Shown here: positions 26,799 through 40,874 of the stretch, in pieces
Position numbering within the stretch: the stretch's first letter is position 1
Layout: the number at the start of each line of letters is the position of its first letter
Source of the DNA: Eledone cirrhosa
Taxonomy: Eukaryota
Assembly: GCA_964016885.1 (NCBI GenBank)
Contig: OZ024748.1
Span: 34,472,001 to 34,536,000 of the forward strand
DNA: 64,000 bases
Direction: 5' to 3'
Made by a program: the position numbers and the translations under genes
The notes under the pieces: model-generated
Seen by the model: the letters and a program-made list of their open reading frames with translations, nothing else
Databases searched by the model: none
What the model was told of the DNA's origin: nothing

Positions 26799-26855
26799 AA
26801 TGAGATTAAAAACCTTTTTTGTATAGCAAACCGTGTCACTCTTCTTTCCTGATTC

Positions 26856-26893
<38 letters not shown>

Positions 26894-26989
26894 AACCTAA
26901 ATGCAAAGAAGAAAGTATTTAGAGAACAAAAACATTCGATAATAAAAATATTTCATAATTAATTTGGTACGCTAAAATCCAATATCGTT

Positions 26990-27478
<489 letters not shown>

Positions 27479-28095
27479 TGAAGTGATGATTGCTTATATG
27501 ATGGCTTATAACGGCAAATCTATTTGAAATTTTATTATAAAATAATAATCTAAAAAAAAATGACAAAAAAACCAACGGATATTAAAACAAATTGATTTTA
27601 TATTATAAAAAGCAATACAAATTATATTTTTCTAAATTTAAAAATAACGGAACAATAATGAAAATGCTCAAATATACGAATAGGCGTGTTTTTAAATGTT
27701 TATGTTTATGGGTGTCATGACGTCATCTCCACTCAGATTCTGTCAAGTAACTATATCTCTTACAACATGCCACCAATATACTTTATACTGAAATTATTGT
27801 GGATCGGAGGAGAGAAGACTTGGCTATTAATTCCAACAGGACCGAAAGCCACATAAAACCCCACCTCGTTGTCTTATATGTACTATAGTAGTTAGTATAG
27901 ATGGGTATAAATGTATAAATGTTTAGCCCTAGGTAATCATTGATAGCACATTAATGTAATAATTAGACATTTCCTATAATTTTCAAATAATCTTTAAAGC
28001 AATAAAAACTTTGGAGAGATTTTGTAATATCACCAAATTTCTCATTATTAAGCTGGTGTTTTGGAACACAACTTAAAGGTCCTTACATAAAATTA

Positions 28096-28276
28096 TAATT
28101 GTTTCTACTTTAGGCACAAGGCCAGCAATTAACCAGTGCATTACTGGTACTTTATTTTATCGACCCCGTAAGGATAAAAGGCAAAGTCAACCTCGGCGGG
28201 ATTTGAACTCAGACCGTAAAGGGACGTAACTATGCTGGAAAGCATGGCGTCCGACCCTCTACCGATACTGCCAATA
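28096..28276 (-). mobile_element. tRNA-headed SINE (GCCTTTCATCC-GGGGTCGATAAAAT-GTACCAG family)
   Basis: Reverse complement of 33410-33600. B box GAGTTCAAATCC. Confidence 0.85.
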
Positions 28277-28643
28277 AAATTATAATGTTAAGTTTTAAGA
28301 TAAATATAAACACTTTAAAATAAGCAGTTTTCTTTTTATTACAGAACTAGGAGAACGGTTTTGTATCAAAATCAGTTGGGAGAGGGCGCTCTCTCATTGT
28401 GATCAGTGTGCTTAAGTATCCAACTCTCTATACCAGGATTGAATACCTTATATATTTGCATATGTATACATAATTTGTACACAATGTACACATAGTATGT
28501 ATACATAATTTGTACACTATGTATACTTGGTACCGTTTTTTTTTTATTTTTATGTAAACTTTGAGCTTCATGAAGTAACGTATCATTGTAATGTCTCCTT
28601 CATTCGGTACCTTCGTGGCAAATAAAAGAAATCCTATTATTAT

Positions 28644-28962
28644 TAGTTCAAATTCTGCTGAGGTTAACTTTGCCTTTCATCCTTAAGGGGTCGATAAAAT
28701 AAAGCACCAGTGAGTACTAGGGTCGATTTCATCGACTTTCCTCTACCCTTCAAATTGCTGGCCTTGTGCCTATATAAGAAACCATCATTATCGGTAGAGG
28801 GTCGGACGCCATGCTTTGACGCATAGAGTTAGGGCCCTTGCCATTCTGAGTTCAAATCCCGCCGAGGTTAACTTTGCATTTCATCCTTACGGGGTCGATA
28901 AAATAAAGTACCAGTAATACACTGGGTATTTGCTGGCCTTGTGCCAATAGTAGAAACAATTA
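28644..28962 (+). mobile_element. Two tandem copies of the same SINE (28644-28785 partial; 28789-28962 ending in (ATT)n)
   Basis: Both carry AGTTCAAAT..GAGGTTAACTTTGC.TTTCATCCTTA.GGGGTCGATAAAATAAAG. Confidence 0.85.
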
Positions 28963-29196
28963 TTATTATTATTATTATTATTGAATGCCATGGTTGACGG
29001 AGGCTCGGCTCTGTAAGGTATAGTAATTTTTAACCGCTATAACAATTGTAAATTGTTTAAAACTTGAACCAAATTGTAGATAAAAACACCCTCCTCTCCG
29101 TGAGATGGGTTTTTCTGCCCGTTATTTGGCCCTTCGGGGTTAAATAACCGCTTATTGAGGTTTCGTACCCAATATTCATTTTAAACCCCCCAAAAA

Positions 29197-30114
29197 ATGG
29201 CTTCAAAAAAGAATTTTCACAAGTCACTCCCACTCATTCCGTCTTCTTCTTCCTCAATCGTCACTACATCAGAGAGAAGATTGACTCTCTCCCTCCCTTC
29301 TCTAAATGTGGTATCGCCTCTTTCGCAAGCAACGCCATTAAAGAAAAAGAAAAATATAGTTACTGGTAGATTTCACCAAGAGAACGTGCATTCCGTAGAA
29401 TATTTCTCCACGACGACGACAACGACGAAAAATGTGTGCGGTAAATACGGAAAGCCATTTCATTCGTCTGACGTCATGAAGAATAGCAGCAGCAGCAGCA
29501 GCAACAGTGACAAGGAAAACACTAGTAGCAGCCGCAACAACATCAGCAGCAGCATAAACAACAACGGCAGCAGCAGCAACAGCAACAACAACAGCAGCAG
29601 CAGCAGCAACAACAACAACAACCACAGCAACAGCGGCGGCGGCGGTCGTAGTATTATCAGAAACAACAAAAGTAACAGCAGCTCTGAAGACCACAACAAC
29701 AACAACATCAATAAAGAAAAACCAATCTCGTTTGCAGGTATCGCAAAGAACCTGGAAACCATCCTTATAACGAATGAGGAATTACAGGAAGCAAAGAAGA
29801 TGGTGACGAAAACCGGACACCGAGCAATCTGCAAGGCAGCCGAAAAATCTTTCGAAACCCAACAGCACTGTACGGTCACGTAAGCACAAAATCACGTAGG
29901 GTTGAAAGAGCCACAGAGGCTCAAATACAAAAAGCCTTAGGGTCTGTGTGGCAGCGGAAAACGCATATCACCCGAAACAAGAAATATGCCACCGTGGACG
30001 TGCTTTTTGCCACACCCCAGGAGGCAAAGGCTCAATCCTTAGTGACCCTAAGGAGCGAGCAAATGGTGTTGGTGCCCTCCTACTGCGGGCAAAAAATTGT
30101 GAGGGTCAAACTGA
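29197..30114 (+). pseudogene. LINE ORF1 N-terminal half
   Basis: IAKNLETILITNEEL and TVDVLFATPQEAK..VPSYCGQKIVRVK are homologous to 5920-6290. Confidence 0.8.
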
Positions 30115-30132
30115 CCCCCCCCCCCCCCCACC

Positions 30133-33127
30133 GACTGGAACGGGATCTTAGATGCACGCTGGGACTGTGTGGGATTAGCGGATATGGGAGGAGGGTGCAA
30201 GAGCCTCACCTACCTGCTCAGGCGTTGAACTGAATGACAGGTACCGATTGGATTTCCCGAATGTGCCAATGTGGACTTGGACAAACCTTATCGGGTCATC
30301 CAGATTATATCTAGATAGAGTATTTTGTAGGGGAATAGATAGGTCTAGCATAGGCTGTCCACAATTCAAGATAGTCAGCTACACGGACCACAAATTCGTG
30401 ATCTGTGTGCTTGACTTAGATAGGCTTCATAGACGAGGACCCGGCTAATGGAAGCTAAACGCGTCCTTACCAGCGCGCAAGCCTAGAGAGACCGGATTAG
30501 CGAACCAGTTAAGCGGGCGTTGACGGGGGCCATCGTCAACAACAAGTGGTGGTTTGCTCTGAAAATAGCGATTAGAATAGAGTCCATTAGGTTTAATAAG
30601 GCTTTAGCAATAGAGAAAAATAGAGCAGAGGGAGAACTAGTTAGAAAATTAGAGGAGGCGCTTAGCAAAGGCATCGCGACCGACGTACTTGCGGCGAAAT
30701 TGGCCCTTGACCAATTCTTCAATGCAAAGCACGAAGGCTGCGTTGTCAGAGCTAGGGTGCGTGCTCTCAGACACGAGGAGACGAAAGCCGTTCAATGGGC
30801 TCGAGTGGCGGAGGCGCGTCGTGGCAACAAAGCCACGATCCGGTCTTTGCTGGACCACGACGGGCGCATGCTACTCGATCCCGGGTAAATGTTTGAAGCT
30901 TTTCAGCGACACTTCGCACAGCTGTTCGGAGGCAGCGGCGGGCCGGATCGAGGGATAGACTTTAGTGTCTACCTCGACGGACTGCCGCGGCTCTCGGCCA
31001 CTGAGGCGGAGTGTTGCGAAAAGCCGATAACAGCCGCTGAAGTACGGGAGGAAATGACTGGCTGAACAAGGGGTAAATCACCTGGTTTGGATGGTCTGCC
31101 CTATGAACTTTACGTACAGATGCCAGACTTCTTCGGAGGCCTCTTGGCGGACGTCTACTGCAACTGGCAACAGAACGGGAGAATTCCCAGCTCTGTGAGC
31201 CGAGGAGCTGTGGCGCTGCTGAGAAAGGATCCGAACAAGGGGGATAACATAGATAATTTCAGGCCCATAACTCTGCTAAACACAGAGTTCAAGATTTTGG
31301 CCAAGGTGATAGCAAAGAGGTTGGCGCTTGTCGTTGGTGGTCTGGTGGGAGAGGCGCAGACATGCGTCATTCCCGACAGATCCATCCACGACAACCTCCA
31401 CCTCATGCGATACATCGTAGAGAGGGTAGCTAGGGAACCTGGCACGAGTGGGTCCTTGATCAATTTAGATCAGTCGAAAGCTTTCGATAGGGTCGACCAT
31501 CGTTACCTAGCGGCAGTCCTGAAGGCGGCTGGCTTTGGGCCCGTCTTCAGAGTCTGGATCGCTGCCATGCACAGCGACATCTGCTCTGTGGTGAGAGTGA
31601 ACGGTCACCTTTCGGAACCGTTCAACATCATACGCTCGGTCCGCCAAGGATGTCCCCTCTCGTCCCTCTTGTACGTATTGACTCTCGAGCCATTACTTCA
31701 CAGACTGGAGACGTTGAGGGGGGTCCCTCGCGAACTAGGATGCGGAAGATCCGTATCAGCATATGCGGACGATGTCACCTTAGTGGTCTCGAACGCCAAA
31801 CACATCGAGGGGATCGGCACTACACTAAGAGAATACGAAGCGGTGACAGGAGCAATGATCAACCAGGAAAAGTCAGTGGGCCTGCAGCTCGGCATCTGGA
31901 GAGGCAGGTCCATGCCGCCCAACAGCGTCGTCGGGAGCTGGACGGACGGACCGGTTAAATTGCTAGGGGTCTGGTTGGTCCGGACCTCCAGACAGACAAA
32001 CACTGGGACGAGGTGACGAGCAGGGTGATTTCTCTCACCCAGAAATGAGCGGAGAGGAAGCTATCCCTGAATGGTCGAGCGGAGGTAGCTAACGCGTACA
32101 TCGCGTCCGTCATCTACTACCGCCTCACCGTCGTACCTTGTCCTAAGCCCCGCCTGACTGCGCTGGAGCGTTTGCTCTTTCGCTTTTTGTGAAAGGGACG
32201 CGCTCCGATGGTCAGGCGGTCCATCTGCTGTCAACACCCGCTACGTGGAGGGCTGGGCATGCCGTGGCTGATGATGCGCAGACACGCGCTCAGGCTACGA
32301 CATCTCCACCTCTTCCTCGACGGTGATCAGGTGTGTTCGTCGTTTGCTAGACGCGTCTTTCCCCAGCTCGTCTCCTTGACGGAGCTGCAGTCCTGGGTCA
32401 AGCGAAGACGGATAGGGAGCGCTTGGAGACTGGAATGTTTTCAGGCGCTCACTGCCCTCGACCAATCGGGCAATGTGATCGGTGGAAACTCCACCTTGGC
32501 GTTCTATAGAGGATTAGTGGAGGAGAAGAGCGACGACGTACTTGCAGAAACTCTAGGCGTCGACGAAAATCAACTAGCCAATCTCTTCGGAAGGACTTTC
32601 GGGCCGGGGCCTATGGACAACTTCCAGAAATCCCTGGCCTGGCAGTGCTACCGAGGAGCTTTGCCAGTTCGGGATAAACTCTACAGGTATGGAGGTGCCA
32701 TCAGCCGGGCATGTCCAAGATGCGCGCAGGGCGACGAAACCGTCCTGCACGCACTCCTCCAGTGTCCGAGCATTGCTGACTTGTGGGTTTATGTCGAACA
32801 CCTGCTGTCACGTGTAGGACGGATCCAGCTATCAGCTGAGTCCATCGTGAGGATTGCCCCGTCCTCTTCCTTTAGCCGGGAAGGGCAGGCAGTTTTTATC
32901 TGTCTGGTGGCCATGGCGAAAGAGATAGTATGGTGGACACGTTTGAAAGGGCTGAAGACGAGCACTTACCTCTTCGTGATGCCCTGCCCTGATTAAATTT
33001 TTCAAATTTCATTTGAAAAGGAAAATCAGGGTAGAGAGGGAAGTGCTCTCTTCCCAGCATCTTGTTGATGGGTGAGAGAAGCAAGTATGGCTCGAGTGAA
33101 TGGGCTTACTCTGAGTATGTGTCTGTA
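30133..33127 (+). pseudogene. LINE ORF2 (partial APE + RT), with stops and frameshifts
   Basis: DWNG, YLDRV, TDH; PGLDGLP, FRPITLLN, LDQSKAFDRVDH, SVRQGCPLSSLLY, AYADD; CPRC..ETVLHALLQC. Confidence 0.93.
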
Positions 33128-33376
33128 AATTAAAGGTGGAAAACAGGGAGAAGGCACTTGCCCTGGTGGTCAGGGTCACTGTGGCCTTTTAATGGGCTTT
33201 CTCCACAAATGTCCCTCGGAAGTCTTCCCCCTATTAGGGAATTTTTCATTGTTATTTTTTGTTACATCCTGTTTTTCTTTTTTTACACGCAGAAATGCCC
33301 ATTTGTACCGTCCTGTATTGTCCTGTACTGTCCTTAATGTCTACTTTATGTAAACCCTTGTGGTTAATAAAGAAAG

Positions 33377-33408
<32 letters not shown>

Positions 33409-33600
33409 GGGCGGTGGATTGGCAGTATCGGTAGTTGGTCGGACGTCATGATTTCCAGCATAGTTACGTCCCTTTACGATCTGAGTTCAAATCCCGCCGA
33501 GGTTGACTTTGCCTTTCATCCTTACGGGGTCGATAAAATAAAGTACCAGTAATGCACTGGATAATTGCTGGCCTTTTGCCTAAAGTAGAAACAATTATTA
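33409..33600 (+). mobile_element. Full-length tRNA-headed SINE with (ATT)n tail
   Basis: A box TGGCAGTATCGG, B box GAGTTCAAATCC, central GCCTTTCATCCTTACGGGGTCGATAAAATAAAGTACCAG, tail 33593-33700. Confidence 0.88.
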
Positions 33601-33648
33601 TTATTATTATTGTTGTTATTATTATTATTATTATTGTTGTTATTACTC

Positions 33649-33707
<59 letters not shown>

Positions 33708-34115
33708 TTTTTATTGATGGTTGGCCCAGTAAATATGATCATTAGTTATCTTTTAGTGTCTGCCAAGTCTCAACAAGGGCCTTAAGCCCTTAAAAACACT
33801 ACTTTTCTGAGTATATGTGCAATGCCCACAGAATAGTCTTTTGTAGGAGAGAACATTGTATTTCGATATTTATTTTCTGAAGATGTCCTCTTAAGTTTAT
33901 TATTATCATTATTATTATTATTATTATTATTACTATATTGCTATCGTCATCGAAGACACTCACCAGTTTCTTCGAATAACGAAGTTCAGGAATATAATAG
34001 TATTCAGTCGTTGATGTATGATATAAAACGCCTTCAGCGTGGAAGCTGCATTCTTAAAGAGGTAGATATCTGATAACATAAAATATAAAACATATTCACA
34101 CGGAGTGATATGAAG

Positions 34116-34163
<48 letters not shown>

Positions 34164-34213
34164 ATAGGGAGAAAGAGACCATTATGAGGAAGAAACATTT
34201 TTTTTCTTTTTCT

Positions 34214-34270
<57 letters not shown>

Positions 34271-34764
34271 GTGTGTGTAATATATATACATGTATATATA
34301 TATATATAAAGAGGGAGAGAGGGGGAGAGCGAGAACGATACACATATACATATTTATATGTCTGTAGGGTGTTATATAATCGATATATTTTTATATATAT
34401 CGGAGAAATGTATATTTCCTCTTCTACGTTAATTCATCTATTTCTATATACCCCAAGAAGACATAAACACAAAGACACATTCTTCTTATGATCGTGTGTC
34501 GAATTTGGAAAGAACTTCTTTGTTTAGGAGTGAAATCTATTCCAGGTGTAGTCAGCACATATTTTCAATAGAAAGTTTCAACATGCATCTGTTTCTAGAT
34601 TATTTCTACATATTTTTTTCTTTGACATTTAAAAATAAAAATGGCCACTTTTCACCTTCTGAAATCCAACGTATCTCTTCTTAAAATACTGTACACTATG
34701 GGTATAATATTGAATACATTGGTACAAAATAGCACTGACTCTCCTTCTCTGACTAATGGTAATA

Positions 34765-34988
34765 ATAATAATTGTTTCTACTTTAAGCACAAGGCCAGCA
34801 ATTTAAAGGGGAGGGGAAAGTCGATTAAATCGAAATCAGTGTATTACTGGTACTTTATTTTATCGACCCCGTAACGATGAAAGGCAAAGTTAATCTCGGC
34901 GGGATTTGAACTTAGACTGTAAAGAACCGTAACTATGTGCCGCAAAGCATGTTGTTAGATATTTTACTGATACTGCCAATCCACTGCC
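34765..34988 (-). mobile_element. SINE, same family
   Basis: Reverse-complement match to 33409-33600. Confidence 0.85.
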
Positions 34989-34989
34989 C

Positions 34990-35029
34990 TAGTAGCAGCA
35001 GCAGGAGTAGTAGTAGCAGTAGTAGTAGC

Positions 35030-35091
<62 letters not shown>

Positions 35092-35092
35092 G
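34990..35092. repeat. (TAG)n microsatellite
   Basis: Direct inspection. Confidence 0.95.
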
Positions 35093-36329
35093 TATAAACT
35101 AATTCCCTACAGGCATGAACCTACACAAGTTTAACCTAAATATCATTCATTGTAATGTATAATAATAAATTGACCTAACACTTGTTTATTTTGAATGCAA
35201 TGGAAATAAGAGTGTGCGGACAATATTTCTTATGTTCTCAGTTGAAATCGCAGTGACAGTCACTACACCGTTCATCCTTCCGGAGTAAATAAATTAAGTA
35301 CAAAAATACTGCAGTTTTACAAAAGCTATTTGATTCCCCACCAAATCTTTTCCTGAACATTAATCATACATACGCCAGTATATATAAATCTAGTGGACCG
35401 TCTGCACAAAGTAGAAATCTGCTTTGGTTATATTATATTGTTCCCACCCGTTCAACTTCTATAAACTTTGACTTCATGTCATTCATACATAAATTTGAAT
35501 ATGTAACATTTCTAACATTGATCTTGGCTCTTCACTATTGCACTCAAACGTTCATTACATATCTCAGCATGTATATATATATATATGTATGTATGTATAT
35601 ATCTCATAACATACAGTATATATCGACATAATTCACTCGTCAATTCTGTGTTTGTCTCGTCAATGGGAGTAGGTTAGATTGGCTTTTCATATTTTTCTTA
35701 AACTAAGAATAAAAAGAATTGACATGTTTTTTTCTTTCTTCAAGGAAGGAGTGAAATATTTTATCTGAGTAGGAATGATTGAAATAAGGTTAACTTCAGT
35801 ATATATAAATATATTATAATGATTAATTTAGTCTTATATCTTATGGCGGTTAGGGATCACATTTAACAATTGCCTGAATAGATGCTGTATTATGTTAAAA
35901 TTATTACAAAAGTAATGGACCTCCGTCAGTTTCGATGATGAGTATTTCAGTTGTTAGATCAACGGAACAGCCTGCTTGTGAAATTCGGGTGAAAATTTCA
36001 AGAACACATACACGAATTGAAAAAAAACCCAAAACATTTGATAAGGAAAGAAATGACAAAATGCAAACACAAACATTTGCACTGCAAGGAAACGCAAACA
36101 TTTGCACTGCACAGAAACAAAATTGACAATTTCCCAAACGAGCATCAGCAATAAATATGGCTACAAAAGCAGTAACTGTTTCATCAATTTTCCTTCTTAA
36201 AAAAAATATGTGGTTCAAATATGTAAGCACAACTTTTGCCTACTTGCCTGACGATTGTATCCACAAGTAAGGCTAAAAGATATGTAAAAAAACATTTAGA
36301 TTTTCATTATGCCTTCATAGTGTACACCA

Positions 36330-37753
36330 CGGACAGGGAAGTGCCTAGCGCCGAGGCATTCGGATACGACAATAGCAGTAGTACATCCATAGGTAGACAA
36401 AACGACCCGGAACTAACTTCCAAGAACACGAGTAGCAGCATAGATCACCACAAGGACACAAGACCGACACTAAGACAGACAAAGACACACACGGACGCCA
36501 GACCACCCAGTACACGTAGACAAAAGCCCAGCACGCGCACCACACGCGTCGCGGAAACTAGAACTAGGGACAGGGTAAGGATAAGTACGGCCGTGGAACC
36601 TGGTAGAGGAAACACCCGGACCAGTAGCAATGATATAGCCCCGACAACAGCACCGCATAGCATTAACGAGACTATCAGTAGAGCCGACAATACAAAACGG
36701 AATACCTCAGTAAGTGAACGGTGTAACCCAGACGTCCACGGCAGACATATAGATAGCGGCAACATAGGGGACGAAATAACTGGCGGGAAAAACCCGGGCG
36801 GACACGTGACCCAACACACATTCACACTACTACACACACACGAAGGAACAAGACAACATCTAAGGCTGTTACATGGTTTAACGCGCCGTTTTCTAAGCAC
36901 GTAAGCAGCAATGTACCAGGCCTCTTCTTCCGAGCGTTGGGCGAGTGCTTCCCGCCGTCGAGCAGATACCACAAGATTTTCAACCGTCAAACGGTGAAGT
37001 TCTCCTTCTCCACGGCACCTAACATGGCAGACTACATGGCCAAAACCAACGAGGCGAAGATGGGGAACCTCGACCGTCAACCGCGGCGGCCGAATGACCG
37101 TCCATCGGAGCTCGGAGGGCCCCTCGCAGCCCGGTTTTCCAACTACAACCCGGCCCCTGCGGCGGCCGCCATGCCCGCGGAAGACGATACAATCCAACGC
37201 CGGGCGGAAATGAGTGGCGGAGGGGAGACCACCGTGTCGGCAGAACAACACCCAGAGAATCGGGAGAGGGCCTTGGTAGATCAAGGGTCAGGCGTCCGAA
37301 ATATAATGACAGAACGTGCAACTGCAGAGCGGGAACACAGTGCCCTCTGCAGGGAAGATGCCTAACGAAGGACCTGGTATATAAATGTGTGGTTAGCACG
37401 CACAACACAAAGCGCACCTACATCGGCGCAACATCTACGACCTTTAAATCGAGGATGTATAACCACACAAACTCTTTCAAGGACCGGAGCAAGAGGCACT
37501 CTACTAGGCTGGCGGACCTGGTGTGGGACTTGAAAGACAAAGGCACCCGTATGACCTCAACTGGAGTATCATTCGGCATGCGAATGCATATTCGGCTGGA
37601 AATAGAAAGTGTAGTCTATGCCTATCTGAGGCCATGGAGATAGTCAGACTGAAGGATGATGCGGTCAACCTGAAATCGGAAATAACCATGACGTGCAGAC
37701 ACCAGAGAAGGTGCACACTCTCCGCATGGAATCCCCCGGGCAGCCCAAGCTAA
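36330..37753 (+). pseudogene. Penelope-like element (Naiad-type) linker + GIY-YIG endonuclease, frameshifted, RT missing
   Basis: KAVTWFNAPFSKHVSSNVPGLFFRALGECFP..RYHKIFNRQTVKFSFST, then TCNCRAGTQCPLQGRCLTKDLVYKC..TYIGATSTTFKSRMYNH, then WSIIRHANAYSAGNRKCSLCLSEA..NLKSEITMTCRH. Confidence 0.88.
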
Positions 37754-38261
37754 AGGCATGCAGGGGAGCGCACGCCGGCCAGAGCGGCGAAACGGGTTCA
37801 AGGGATCAGACACCATACTCTGTTGACTATATATGCCGCGTGGGGTAAGCCGACATAACCCAGGATGCCTACCCGACTCTGCACATCACCCTAGTCAAAA
37901 ACATCGCCTGAGCCGAGACAGGTTGACCCAGATTCCATTGATATTCAGTCCCGTGCCTTACAACAATAAGGCACTATACCTCACCCACTGTAACATGCTC
38001 CAGTATGGCCTGTCCACGCACCTCCTGCATGTGTATCTTTTCAGTAGAGAGTGCATACTCTCCACGCATTTTATTTTGTAACACCTAATGTATTTTCCGT
38101 ATACAGACCCACGTGTGTATCTCATACTTCTCTTGTGTACTATCTCATATGCATTCACGTTCCTTCTTTTTTATATATATTCTGCACGCATTTTCTATGT
38201 ACGGTCTGCGCATACTATTTACTGTAATATCATGAACGCACATTATGTGGCTTTCCGTGAA

Positions 38262-38343
38262 GATTCCATACGTGGATTCCATACGTGGATTCCATACGTG
38301 GATTCCATACGTGGATTCCATACGTGGATTCCATACGTGGATT
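38262..38343. repeat. 13-bp tandem repeat GATTCCATACGTG x6
   Basis: Direct inspection. Lies in the presumed PLE 3'UTR. Confidence 0.95.
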
Positions 38344-39014
38344 GCTCCATGTTCGTAACGTAACAACATCTCTGTAGACACATATAACAAGGTGCACCCT
38401 TTCATGTATAGCCCACTGTGTATCTTTATGTGCCGTTATATGTATATTTGTATATATATATGTATCTGTATTCTTTTATATATGTATATATTTATAACAA
38501 GATGCGTCCTTTCATGTATGGCCCATTGTGTATCTTTATATGACTTTGCGTGTATATTCTTTTTATGTACATATATATATATATATATATATTTTATGCG
38601 TGCGTGGGTTTGTATATGAATATGCGCATATCTATCTGTAAGAGTGTATATGAGCCAGTGTGTGTGTACAAGCACCCGTGTAGGGAAAGGGCCTGTTTGT
38701 GTGTATATATGTGTGTTTGCGCGCGAGTGTATATCTCTGTGTGTATATATGTATATGGGTACGTATATATATGTGTGCGTGGGTCGTGTATATGTCTGTA
38801 CGTGTTTGTGTGTACGGGTATATATACGCGTGTGCATGTGAATGCACATGTATGTGTCTGTGTATGTTGATGTATATAGGCATGTGGGCATGTGTCTGTG
38901 TATGTACGTGCCTCTCTGGATGCATGTATGCGTATGTTTATATGTTTATATGTTCTCCTTAAATGTGTGTGTATAGCGGGCGACTATGCGTATAACTGTT
39001 GTTATCTATGTGAT

Positions 39015-39070
<56 letters not shown>

Positions 39071-39432
39071 CGTTGATGTGTGAACTATCAAACACAGCAG
39101 TAATTTATTGAAGTGTTGCAGACATGGGACAGCTAACACCCTGATGGTCAGCGGACTGGTACCTGTGGTCAGAATGATGATGACGTCGACAACCAGTCAA
39201 TCACAGGATGCGCGAAGAGGATGAAGTTTTTGACGGTATTGGCCCAGAGGGTCAGATACCCCAGTGAGAGAATATGCTCCGAAATCATTAGACGTGTCCG
39301 TCCAGAATCAGACAGATCTACACAATGATCGCGTCTCGGGCTGTCCGCCGGGGAAACAATTGTAACACACAATAAACTGAGTTCAGATGCATCACTGATT
39401 TTTCGTTTTCTATTCTCTCTATATATATATAT

Positions 39433-39576
39433 AATATTATTCAAAATATTAATAAATGAAGACGTTCAACATAATCAAAATATATGTTTTATTATATATA
39501 TTTCGGAGGTACTGTGATGTTTTTTCAGTACGTCCTCATCAGATAAAATACATTTATTAATATTTTGAATAATATT
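39433..39576 (-). mobile_element. 144-bp mini element: hammerhead + tail bounded by a perfect 26-bp inverted repeat
   Basis: 39433-39458 versus 39551-39576, 26/26 inverted. (TA)n on the left. Confidence 0.8.
39487..39548 (-). ncRNA. Minimal hammerhead motif (family A)
   Basis: TTTTAT-CTGATGA-GGACGTACTG.loop.CAGTACCTCC-GAAA-T-ATAT-A-TA^ATAAAA. Canonical G-C pair closes stem II. Confidence 0.85.
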
Positions 39577-39666
39577 AATAACTTCAGAAAACTTGCTTGT
39601 TGAGTGCTTTTAATCTATTGTGAAACTATATTCATTGAGTAATCAATGAACCTTATTAACATTTGG

Positions 39667-39721
<55 letters not shown>

Positions 39722-40307
39722 CGAGCGAAAGAGAGAGAGAGAGAGATTAGATAATTAATGACATGTCATTACCAATAAAACATGTTTTTTCTAATGCACA
39801 CTAAATCGCCTGGGACGCTGTCAACGCGGTGATAGTGATAAATGGGGTATTTTACTTTGCAGTTTTTATTAGGGCGAAGAAAAAATACTTTGCCGTATTT
39901 TTTCTAGATTTCTGAGTTCGAATCCCACCGAGGTCAACTCTGGATTTCAATCTTTCGAGGCCGATTAAACAAAGTGTGAGTCCAATGCGAAGGTTTGGCG
40001 AGATCGAAATGGCTAGAGCGCCGGATTTGATGTCTTGCAATACTTGTTCCATCTCTGCATTCTTTAGTCAAATCTTACCAAGGTTTACTTGAGTAAAAGA
40101 CTTTAACACCACCATTTACACCCTGGGTACCTCAGGTTTTATGCAACAAACGTTTAGATTTAATATAAACTGTCTTCATGTTTAATACAAGCTGTGTGTA
40201 TAGGTCTCATACAGAGCATGTGTAGATTCAACACAAGCTGTGTATTAGTTTAAATAAAAAAAACTGTATATATGTTTATTACAAGTGGTATATTTGCTCA
40301 TTGCAAA

Positions 40308-40383
<76 letters not shown>

Positions 40384-40651
40384 GGAAAATAATGAAACGA
40401 AATTTCATTTCTCACTCTTAGTACGGCTGATACTTAAATGTAAGTATGTATACATACATACATACATATATGTATACAGACGTACAGTAGTATGTACATA
40501 TATACATACATGCACACATATATATATATGTACGTATGGCACTACCGAACATTTATTATAATGTTCGGTTTGTTTGTAAACAAACAGCCCGAATTACGCC
40601 GTACAGTGTTCGGCAACCATCGTCGCCTTTTTGTTCAACACTGACACAGGA

Positions 40652-40694
40652 ACGATGTACTAGTTTCAAGCTTATTAGCTATCGTTAGCATCGT
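40652..40694 (-). ncRNA. Hammerhead motif family D, core mutated (CTAACGA)
   Basis: Inverted copy of 40875-40917 with G5 changed to A. Confidence 0.5.
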
Positions 40695-40874
40695 ATTTAA
40701 GTATCAGCCGTACTAAGAGTGAGAAATGAAATTTCGTTTCATTATTTTCCATGTATCGTTTTCGGTACGTCCGGCTGACTAACTCACTCGATATGCAAAT
40801 TAGGCTGCTCAGCCGTTAATATGCATAAGGAAAGTATATACTTTCAAACGTTCAATCATCTGACAGGAAGGTAT

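Larger units (their letters stand above)
25122..26853. mobile_element. Fold-back element: about 515-bp inverted arms with outward-facing family-B hammerheads; spacer holds a PLE RT fragment
   Basis: 25122-25640 versus 26339-26853 inverted. The ORF track gives near-identical spurious peptides on opposite strands. TA at both ends. Confidence 0.88.
28983..33408 (+). mobile_element. L1/Tx1-clade LINE with an internal deletion, decayed
   Basis: 5'UTR hairpin, ORF1 from 29197, junction at poly-C 30115-30129, ORF2 remainder, (TAT)n tail 33378-33408. Starts directly after the (ATT)n tail of a SINE. Confidence 0.92.
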
